DNA of 64,000 nt from Candidatus Zixiibacteriota bacterium (lineage in GTDB: Bacteria; Zixibacteria; MSB-5A5; GN15; FEB-12), in the NCBI GenBank assembly GCA_024280215.1, contig JAJRQO010000022.1, forward strand, positions 6,910 to 70,909, in the 5' to 3' direction. The notes under the pieces are model-generated. The model saw only the letters and a list, made by a program, of their open reading frames with translations. It was not told where the DNA came from and did no database searches. Shown here in pieces: positions 57,306 through 64,000 of this stretch. How positions within the stretch are numbered: the stretch's first letter is position 1; every line of letters begins with the position of its first letter. The position numbers and the translations under genes are program-made.

Positions 57306-58178
57306 ATGTCGAAAAAAATATTGGTAGTTGGTGGAACAGGAATGCTTGGAAGACCAGTCGCAGAAAAGTTATCCACATCTGGCTTTGAGGTCACAGTTCT
57401 CTCTACAAATGTGGATAAAGCTCGAGAAAAACTTTCAGATTCAATCGCAATAGAGTATGGTGATGTAACAAATATCGAGTCGCTGAAAAAGCCTATCGAG
57501 GGGAAAGATTTTGTCTACATAAATTTGAGTGCAAAAATAACTGAAGAACTTTACGAGAAAATCGAAATCGGTGGATGTGACAAAATTGCTAAAATTTCTA
57601 AAGAGATGGGAGTTAAACGAATTGGATATATCAGTGGGGCGTCATCGCATGGCGAGAAAAAAGGAATCATTTATTTAGACGGAAAAGTCGAAGCCGAAAA
57701 TAGAATTATCAATTCAGGTGTTCCATATTCGATTTTTCGGGCATCATGGTTCTACGAATCATTACCGAAATTTATCCAACAAGGCAAAGCGATTATTTTG
57801 GGGGACCAACCTGTTGAATTTAGATGGTTGGCAGCATCGGATTTTTCTGCTCAGGTAGTGAATGCATTTTCAAAGGATGAAGCTGCGGACAAATGTTTTT
57901 ACAATGGTGGTCCATCCAAAATGATAATGACTGAAGCGCTGGCTGTATTTTGTTCGATTTGTTATCCCGATTTATCTCCTGAAAAGATGGCGTTTGGAAT
58001 GGCAAAAATGTTTTCAAAACTTCCAGGAATGGAAGTTCTCGACTTGGCTGTTCCATTTTTTGAATACTTTTCCAAAAACGTTGAAAATATAGATACCACC
58101 GAAGCGGATTCTCTTCTTGGTAAAAACAATACAACAGTCGAAGAGTGGTCTCGTCTTTATAAAGAACAAATGAACTAA
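57306..58178 (+). CDS. NmrA-like / NAD(P)H-binding atypical SDR
   Basis: 290 aa. N-terminal ILVVGGTGMLGRPVAEKL Rossmann motif. Confidence 0.75.
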   Translation: MSKKILVVGGTGMLGRPVAEKLSTSGFEVTVLSTNVDKAREKLSDSIAIEYGDVTNIESLKKPIEGKDFVYINLSAKITEELYEKIEIGGCDKIAKISKEMGVKRIGYISGASSHGEKKGIIYLDGKVEAENRIINSGVPYSIFRASWFYESLPKFIQQGKAIILGDQPVEFRWLAASDFSAQVVNAFSKDEAADKCFYNGGPSKMIMTEALAVFCSICYPDLSPEKMAFGMAKMFSKLPGMEVLDLAVPFFEYFSKNVENIDTTEADSLLGKNNTTVEEWSRLYKEQMN

Positions 58179-58186
58179 GAAAGATT

Positions 58187-58738
58187 ATGAAAATAAAACT
58201 CTGCTTGATTCTTATTTTATTAATATCACAATCATCGTTTGCTTTTGATTCCGAGCGTGAAGGTTTTATCATTTCTGCTGGGTTAGGCTTTGCCCCATCT
58301 GCCTCAACACAGATTTCCGATTTCCCAAGTTCACGAGTAAAGACAAATGGATTCGCTCTTTCATTGATGGCAGGTTACGGCTACAATGAAAACACGATGT
58401 TATTGTTCATGCTTGAAGGATTACAATCAAAAGACTCTACTTTTATCTCGCCTGTGGAAACAACTCGACAAGGATTCATGGGAGCAGGAATTCGTTTTTA
58501 TTTTAATGAAATTGGTCAATCTGTCTTTATTACAAGTTGTCTTGGGATTCAAAAATATATGAAGACGGATAGCAATGAAGAATTACATGAGGCTGGGTTA
58601 GGCTATTTGGTAGGCTTTGGCTATGAATTTGCGGAAAGTTTTCAGGTACAGGCAACATTGTCAAGCGGTCAAACTAAAAATTCATTTCCATGGGATCATT
58701 CACAGTTTATCCTAACGGCTTCAATTATTCTCTATTAA
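58187..58738 (+). CDS. Small outer-membrane beta-barrel-like protein (hypothetical)
   Basis: Signal peptide. Alternating hydrophobic beta-strand pattern with Gly/aromatic girdles. C-terminal aromatic residue (IILY). Confidence 0.45.
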   Translation: MKIKLCLILILLISQSSFAFDSEREGFIISAGLGFAPSASTQISDFPSSRVKTNGFALSLMAGYGYNENTMLLFMLEGLQSKDSTFISPVETTRQGFMGAGIRFYFNEIGQSVFITSCLGIQKYMKTDSNEELHEAGLGYLVGFGYEFAESFQVQATLSSGQTKNSFPWDHSQFILTASIILY

Positions 58739-58781
58739 TATTTTTTTGTTGAATATTAAGACTCGTTCTATATTTTTCAAT

Positions 58782-59750
58782 ATGGAAAAGAACCCGCTCC
58801 CACGTCTTGATACAAAAGTAGAAGAACTTCGTAATCATTTACTTCCATTTTGTCGTTTATCTATTGGAGACACGTGGACTGACCCTCAAGGGAAACACCA
58901 TATCGCTTGTGGAGATTCATCAGATAAAAACTTTATCAAACAACTTTTTAATAAAAACCAAGCTGTCTTGGCGGTTCATGACCCTCCATATAACTTAGTT
59001 ATGTTTGAAAAACAATCGGTCGATGAATTTATCGACTGGTCTTACAAATGGATTGAAAATAGCTATGATGTGCTTTCCGAAAATTCTGCTTTGTATATTT
59101 GGCTGGGTGCCGATCAAAATGATAATTTCCAACCTCTGCCACAATTTATGCTGATGATGGGCGAGACCGAATTTAAGTCAAGATCATTTATCACTATGCG
59201 AAACCAACGGGGGTATGGAACGCAAAAAAACTGGATGGCGATTAGACAAGAGTTGCTATACTATACCAAAGGCAACCCTGACTATTCGGTGCAATACACA
59301 GATATTCCAAAAATCCTCAAAGGCTACTATAAAGAAATCGACGGAAAAATGACTGACAATTCAGAACGTGGAAAATCGCCAACAATTCGTTCGGGGAATG
59401 TTTGGGTTGATATTCAGCAGGTTTTTTATCGCATGCAGGAAAATGTCAATGGTTGTTATGGGCAGAAACCGCTCAAAGCAATTGAACGGATTATAGAAGC
59501 ATCATCCAATGAAAACGACTTAATAACCGATTTTTTCTCGCACTCAGGTACAACTGTTATGGCGGCAGAGTTGACAAATCGTAAATGTATCACAATTGAC
59601 ATCGACCCGATTTTTGCTGAAATTTCGATTCGTCGTATAGAATATTTTAGAAAAACTGGTAAGACAGGATGGCAGGCATCGAACCCATTTGCCAAAGAAC
59701 TCTCAAAATTAAATAAGAATCAATTAGAAGAAATCGGCATCATAGTGTAA
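58782..59750 (+). CDS. DNA methyltransferase, beta-class N6-adenine/N4-cytosine type (solitary)
   Basis: Motif IV DPPYN (VHDPPYNLV) precedes motif I (DFFSHSGTTVMAAE), i.e. the beta permutation. No nuclease gene is adjacent. The ATG at 58782 is preferred over the TTG at 58746. Confidence 0.8.
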   Translation: MEKNPLPRLDTKVEELRNHLLPFCRLSIGDTWTDPQGKHHIACGDSSDKNFIKQLFNKNQAVLAVHDPPYNLVMFEKQSVDEFIDWSYKWIENSYDVLSENSALYIWLGADQNDNFQPLPQFMLMMGETEFKSRSFITMRNQRGYGTQKNWMAIRQELLYYTKGNPDYSVQYTDIPKILKGYYKEIDGKMTDNSERGKSPTIRSGNVWVDIQQVFYRMQENVNGCYGQKPLKAIERIIEASSNENDLITDFFSHSGTTVMAAELTNRKCITIDIDPIFAEISIRRIEYFRKTGKTGWQASNPFAKELSKLNKNQLEEIGIIV

Positions 59751-59974
59751 AATTCCTATTGACATTAAAAATAAATGCTCTATCTTGGCTCGCTAAGAAA
59801 TAAGACGAACTATAAAATTAAGAATAAGAAAATGTATCAAAAAAACCTTTTCCAGATTATAGATTTATCCACGTATAAGCAGATGTTTAGTTTACGACAT
59901 ACTGATATGGATATTTATATGCAAAATCAGGAAAGGCAAAAATAAGCAAATAGTTAGAAACTAATAAATTATAA

Positions 59975-60007
59975 AGAGCCTTTCCAAGTGGAGAGGCTCT
60001 TTTTTTT
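59975..60007 (+). terminator. Rho-independent terminator in the MTase-marC intergenic region
   Basis: agagcctttcc-aagt-ggagaggctct (one mismatch) followed by T7. Confidence 0.7.
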
Positions 60008-60034
60008 GTACCCATAATTTTAAAGGAGTATGTT

Positions 60035-60169
60035 ATGAAGAATTCAATGCAAAATTTAAATATAGTTGTCCAAAGTTCTGTTAAGATGGTGGATAATGCC
60101 CATAAATCTACATGTTATATTGCAATTGATTCAACAATTGAACTTTCATCAGATGAAGAAGGTGGTTGA
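60035..60169 (+). CDS. Small ORF (44 aa) with a strong Shine-Dalgarno, ending at the marC start
   Basis: AAAGGAG lies 7 nt upstream of the ATG at 60035. The TGA at 60167-60169 overlaps the TTG/ATG start region of the next gene. Below the ORF-track size cutoff. No homology recognised. Confidence 0.35.
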   Translation: MKNSMQNLNIVVQSSVKMVDNAHKSTCYIAIDSTIELSSDEEGG

Positions 60170-60810
60170 CGATGACATCAAATATCTTTGAGTTTGCTGC
60201 TTTAAGTTTTGTTTCATTGATAACTATGTTAAATCCTGTTAGTACGATTCCGATTTTTGTATCGATGACCTCGGAACTTACCCATCGTGAGTCCAAAAAT
60301 ATCGCCATTCGGGCGTCGATAGTTGCTTTGATTGCCTTGCTGTTTTTTGCTATTGCTGGGAAACTTGTTTTTGAATTTTTCTCAATTTCTATTGATAGTC
60401 TACGAGTTGTAGGTGGTATGATTTTCTTTTTAGTCGGCTATGAAATGTTTCATGCACGAATTCCAAAAATGAAATATGAAGAAGAGATGGAAGATGAAGA
60501 CGTGCAGGATCAGGCAATCACACCTATTGGTATTCCTTTAATTTGTGGTCCTGGTTCAATAACTACGGTTATGTTGCTAATGAATCAGTCTGATACTATT
60601 TTATATAAATCGGTACTTTTTGGAATAATTATCGTTTCTATTGGTATCACGATGCTTTTGTTAATCAGCTCAAAAAAAATTCTACAAGTTATTGGAAACA
60701 CTGGTAAAAAAGTCCTGATGCGAATTATGGGACTACTTGTGATGGTTATTGCCGTTGATTTATTTTTTAATGGAGTGAAACCGATTCTCAAAGAAATATT
60801 TTGTCAATAA
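60166..60810 (+). CDS. MarC-family (UPF0056) integral membrane protein
   Basis: 214 aa, six TM segments. Motifs MLNPVSTIPIF and ITPIGIPLICGPGSITT are typical of the MarC family. The start may be the ATG at 60172. Confidence 0.8.
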   Translation: MTMTSNIFEFAALSFVSLITMLNPVSTIPIFVSMTSELTHRESKNIAIRASIVALIALLFFAIAGKLVFEFFSISIDSLRVVGGMIFFLVGYEMFHARIPKMKYEEEMEDEDVQDQAITPIGIPLICGPGSITTVMLLMNQSDTILYKSVLFGIIIVSIGITMLLLISSKKILQVIGNTGKKVLMRIMGLLVMVIAVDLFFNGVKPILKEIFCQ

Positions 60811-60848
60811 TTAATAGGTCGTGATTTTGTAAAATTTCGTTAAAGAAA

Positions 60849-60874
60849 GGCAGGTCTCGGTTCGGAGACCTGCC
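60849..60874 (-). terminator. 10-bp perfect hairpin between convergent marC and the VOC gene
   Basis: ggcaggtctc-ggttcg-gagacctgcc. On the minus strand it is followed by TTTCTTTA. Confidence 0.55.
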
Positions 60875-60885
60875 AAAATTAGATT

Positions 60886-61269
60886 TTATTCTTTTGGAAA
60901 TGTAATCAATCCAACAGTAGCACCTGTTGGGTCAGCAATAATTGTGAATCTGCCAACATTTGGAATATCATTTGGTGGGCAAAGCACTTTACCGCCAAGA
61001 CCTTCAACTTTGGAAGCTAAATCATCGACATCTTCAACAGTGATGTATGACATCCAGTGAGAAGGAACATCGCCCATTTCAGGCATACGAGCCATCATAC
61101 CGCCAGCATCATTGCCGTCCGCTTTCCATAAGGTATAAGGCATTCCGCCAGGCATTGTGGCTTTTTCCCATCCGATAAGTGAGGTATAAAAATCACCCGC
61201 TTTTTCAACATCATTAGTGATAAGTTCATTCCAGCAGAAAGTTCCATTTTTTGGTGCTTCTTTAGCCAT
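60886..61269 (-). CDS. VOC (glyoxalase-like) family protein
   Basis: 127 aa. FCWNELITNDVEKAGDFYTSLIGW ... HWMSYITVEDVD ... GRFTIIADPTGATVGLI. Confidence 0.8.
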   Translation of the reverse strand: MAKEAPKNGTFCWNELITNDVEKAGDFYTSLIGWEKATMPGGMPYTLWKADGNDAGGMMARMPEMGDVPSHWMSYITVEDVDDLASKVEGLGGKVLCPPNDIPNVGRFTIIADPTGATVGLITFPKE

Positions 61270-61364
61270 TGCTAGCTCCTAAAATTAAATAGATTAAAAT
61301 TGTCTTTAATTATATGTTCTTATACGTCAGTATGCGATAATTTGTTGCATATGTATATCACATT

Positions 61365-61628
61365 TTACAAGAAATAGTAAAGTAATGCCGCAAGTGCGGT
61401 GAGAATAAATGACATTGTGAGCAACAACTGAATTGATTTTTTAATGATAAATAATATCAAGACTGCGGCGAGAATTCCTATTACACCATGACTCAGAGCT
61501 GTTTCAACTGATAGAAAAACAAAGGAAAGAAGAGATTCTGCGGCAGGTTGGGCATACGAAAAATGTGCGATACCAGTAAATGTCGTCATAGCAAGAGCTA
61601 AGAGAATAAATGCGATTATTTTTAACAT
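61365..61628 (-). CDS. Small membrane protein (hypothetical)
   Basis: 87 aa with three predicted TM helices. 3 nt downstream of the preceding gene. Confidence 0.4.
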   Translation of the reverse strand: MLKIIAFILLALAMTTFTGIAHFSYAQPAAESLLSFVFLSVETALSHGVIGILAAVLILFIIKKSIQLLLTMSFILTALAALLYYFL

Positions 61629-61631
61629 GGT

Positions 61632-62138
61632 TTAGCTCTTTTCTTTTATCTCGTATATAAAGTCATGATAATTACCGTCAATGATTCTGTTTCTTGGTAT
61701 CAGATATGCCATAGCAGAATCAATAAAAACAAATGTATAGCTGTCGATTGTTTCTACATGTTCAATTTTTGAAATCTCAGTTGAATTTTGACCTAACTCT
61801 ATTTTATCAATGATCAAGTTATTTGCAATTGTCAGCTCATGCGTTCCAAAAAGATTTTGATGCTTTTCATCTTCAAACGATTCGATAACCTTTTTAATAT
61901 ATTTTTTCTTATGATAAAATGGAAGATAAATTAGCCAACAAATTCCAAGAAGTCCCCACACATATATAAGTTCATTGGTCGTTTCGACATACCGAATCAA
62001 AGCACCGAATAACAAAAGTGTTGGCACCGAAAAATAATAAGTTTTTTTCAGATGCTCTTTCACTGTTGGTGATTTTTGATAAATCAGTTTTGCGTATGCG
62101 GAAATATCTTTTATCGATGTCGTGTATGATATTTTCAT
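61632..62138 (-). CDS. YcxB-like membrane protein
   Basis: 168 aa. Two central TM helices followed by a small beta-rich domain ending in AYLIPRNRI, as in YcxB-like proteins. Abuts lpxH. Confidence 0.45.
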   Translation of the reverse strand: MKISYTTSIKDISAYAKLIYQKSPTVKEHLKKTYYFSVPTLLLFGALIRYVETTNELIYVWGLLGICWLIYLPFYHKKKYIKKVIESFEDEKHQNLFGTHELTIANNLIIDKIELGQNSTEISKIEHVETIDSYTFVFIDSAMAYLIPRNRIIDGNYHDFIYEIKEKS

Positions 62139-62864
62139 TTAAGACTCAACAAGATATTTAAGTTCAATTTTATTGTTTTTAATTTTGACATACGAAAAAT
62201 GATTAATAAAATCACCGCTATTTACATAAGTCCCAGATTTAAATTCTTTAAAGACAGGAAGATGTAAATGCCCTATGGTGACGATATCATAACCATCTTG
62301 TAATTTTTTCTCCGCATAGTTTTCATAATCTAATTTAAATGGGTGGTCTTGTCTGGCGTTGTATTCTCGTGATGAACCTGAAATACGTTTTGCTAATGAA
62401 AAAGCGAAATCAGGGGGTAGTTGCCGATAGAGCCAAATGCATAATTTGTTACGAAAAACTTTTTTTAAAAAGTGATAGCCTTTATCAGACGGGGAGAGTC
62501 CGTCACCATGTATCAGATGTAATTTTTGGTTTTCATATTTCAAATCTAAATAGTCTTGATGTACATCAATTTTTATTTGTGATGAGAAAAAATCATGCAT
62601 CCAAAAGTCATGATTACCACTTATATAGTCGACTTTGATGCCTTTTAAAATCAATTCATATATCATATACAAAACTGGGAATTGGTCTTTTGGCATAACA
62701 TGTTTGTACTCAAACCAAAAGTCAAAAAGGTCGCCGAGAATAATCAATCGGTCGCCATCCTCTTTGATCATAGCAAAAAGTTCAGCTATTTTATTCTGTT
62801 TTTCGATTTCTTTCTCAGGTGGTCCCGACCCAAGATGTACATCTGAGAAAATATACAATGCCAT
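62139..62864 (-). CDS. lpxH: UDP-2,3-diacylglucosamine diphosphatase (LpxH family)
   Basis: Calcineurin-like metallophosphoesterase motifs in LpxH order: SDVHLG, LGDLFDFW, GNHD, HGD, GHLH. Confidence 0.8.
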   Translation of the reverse strand: MALYIFSDVHLGSGPPEKEIEKQNKIAELFAMIKEDGDRLIILGDLFDFWFEYKHVMPKDQFPVLYMIYELILKGIKVDYISGNHDFWMHDFFSSQIKIDVHQDYLDLKYENQKLHLIHGDGLSPSDKGYHFLKKVFRNKLCIWLYRQLPPDFAFSLAKRISGSSREYNARQDHPFKLDYENYAEKKLQDGYDIVTIGHLHLPVFKEFKSGTYVNSGDFINHFSYVKIKNNKIELKYLVES

Positions 62865-62893
62865 ATAATATGCCTTTAGAAAAAAGGTATCAG

Positions 62894-64000
62894 TTACGAT
62901 ACCTTTTCAATTTTTTCAGTCATTGAATCATAAAATGCAGTTGTCATCTGAGCAAGGGGTAAACTTATTGTATCATTGATAGTGAGTTCTGTTCCACCGA
63001 CAGTTCCAATTTGCCTACATGCGACACCTGCTGATTTAAAATGTTCAGCAAGTTTATCAGCATCTGATACCGAACAAGAAATTACGATTCTTGAAAGTGT
63101 TTCGCCAAAGAGAAGAGCATCGACGCGGATTGAGTCATCAAGTTTTATCGTAGCACCAATTTTGTCGTCTTCATTTGAGATACAACATTCAGCGATAGCA
63201 GTTGCAAGTCCACCTTCGGAACAATCATGTGCCGAATTGATTAGTCCATTACGAATAGCGGTAAGCAAGGCGTCCTGCATTTTTTTCTCAGCATCTAAAT
63301 CAAGTTCTGGCACATCACCTTTAGTTACGTTATAAATCGTATGTAGGTATTCCGAGGCACCCAATTCTTCTTTATTCTCACCAAGCATAAAGATAGCATC
63401 ACCATTATTCTTAAACCATTGAGTTGTGATATGGTCAAGATGTTCGATAAGTCCTATCATTCCAATTGTCGGAGTTGGGAAAACTGCACGGTCAGGGTCT
63501 TCGTTGTAGAATGATACATTACCACCTGTTACAGGAGTGTTGAAGACTCTACAGGCATCACCCATTCCACCGATTGCTTCGGTGAAACCATAGTAGATTT
63601 CAGGTTTGTACGGGTTACCAAAGTTAAGGCAGTTAGTGATTGCCAGTGGTTGTCCGCCTGAGCAAACGATATTGCGAGCAGCTTCGGTAACTGCGGCTTG
63701 TCCGCCACGACGAGGGTTGACATAACAGTATCGGGCGTTGCAGTCAGTTGTCATCGCTAAAGCTTTATCGGTTTTGCGAAGACGAAGCACAGCCGCATCG
63801 GAGCCAGGTCCTACTGCGGTGTTTGTACGAACCATTGAATCGTATTGGTCATAGACCCAACTTTTACGACAGATGTTTGGTGAGGCAAGCATAGTCAGAA
63901 GGGTGTCATTCCAGTCACGGTCTAAACTGTAATCATCAAGATTTATTTTTACGATTTCATCCATATAGGTAGGACGTTTTGTCTCACGTTTGTAAATCGG
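62894..64000 (-). CDS. purL: Phosphoribosylformylglycinamidine synthase subunit PurL (3' portion; the 5' end lies beyond the window)
   Basis: AIR-synthase-related C-terminal repeat of PurL (AMTTDCN, NCLNFGNP, SAHDCSEGGLA). The frame stays open from 63965 to the window edge (..PIYKRETKRPTYMDE..). Confidence 0.9.
   Translation of the reverse strand, partial: PIYKRETKRPTYMDEIVKINLDDYSLDRDWNDTLLTMLASPNICRKSWVYDQYDSMVRTNTAVGPGSDAAVLRLRKTDKALAMTTDCNARYCYVNPRRGGQAAVTEAARNIVCSGGQPLAITNCLNFGNPYKPEIYYGFTEAIGGMGDACRVFNTPVTGGNVSFYNEDPDRAVFPTPTIGMIGLIEHLDHITTQWFKNNGDAIFMLGENKEELGASEYLHTIYNVTKGDVPELDLDAEKKMQDALLTAIRNGLINSAHDCSEGGLATAIAECCISNEDDKIGATIKLDDSIRVDALLFGETLSRIVISCSVSDADKLAEHFKSAGVACRQIGTVGGTELTINDTISLPLAQMTTAFYDSMTEKIEKVS

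Noticed and set aside
1-64000. Search by eye for tRNA, rRNA, tmRNA, prophage, integrase, toxin-antitoxin or known defence-system genes
   Set aside because: Intergenic regions longer than 150 bp show no cloverleaf-type T-arm (GGTTCGAATCC-like) or rRNA-like sequence. No ORF shows integrase, transposase, Cas or nuclease-helicase defence motifs. A tRNAscan/Infernal run would be needed to be certain.

Overview
AT-rich, gene-dense 64-kb chromosomal segment from a diderm (Gram-negative type) bacterium. I support about 55 protein-coding genes. By eye I found no rRNA or tRNA genes, no CRISPR array, and no transposase, integrase or phage genes. Most of the window is housekeeping or envelope functions: rlmD, CDF transporter, CNNM/CorC, htpX, rarA, an arsR-acr3-arsC operon, TrmH-family methylase, SppA, nfo, lpxH and the 3' part of purL. 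The gene content includes PorV/PorQ-like barrels, a patatin-Omp85 (PlpD-like) protein and a BNR protein ending in a Cys-flanked dockerin-like module. Together with the low GC, this suggests an uncultivated FCB-superphylum-like lineage; that is inference only. No defence island or mobile element is evident. The most unusual content, in rough order of interest: (1) Two tandem, diverged pilV-pilW-pilX-like minor-pilin cassettes (35.8-42.4 kb) with very large PilX-like proteins and a shared upstream box. (2) An aconitase/LeuC-fold protein that has lost all three Fe-S cysteine ligands, is fused to a duplicated N-terminal HTH, and is translationally coupled to a HIT hydrolase (55.0-57.1 kb). (3) A secreted protein combining LIM-like zinc fingers with a DA1-like HExxH peptidase, just downstream of the ars operon (23.1-24.3 kb). 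(4) A Cys-repeat periplasmic HMA protein divergent from arsR. (5) An SDF-family transporter with a roughly 380-aa Lys/Pro-rich tail containing two 33-bp tandem duplications. (6) SppA fused to an N-terminal PorV/PorQ-like beta-rich domain. (7) A pair of paralogous DUF433-like/Myb-like small proteins. (8) An internally deleted remnant of a TonB_C paralogue. (9) Several hairpin repeat elements and small candidate transcription units. All functional calls rest on motifs I recognise in the translations; no database search was run.
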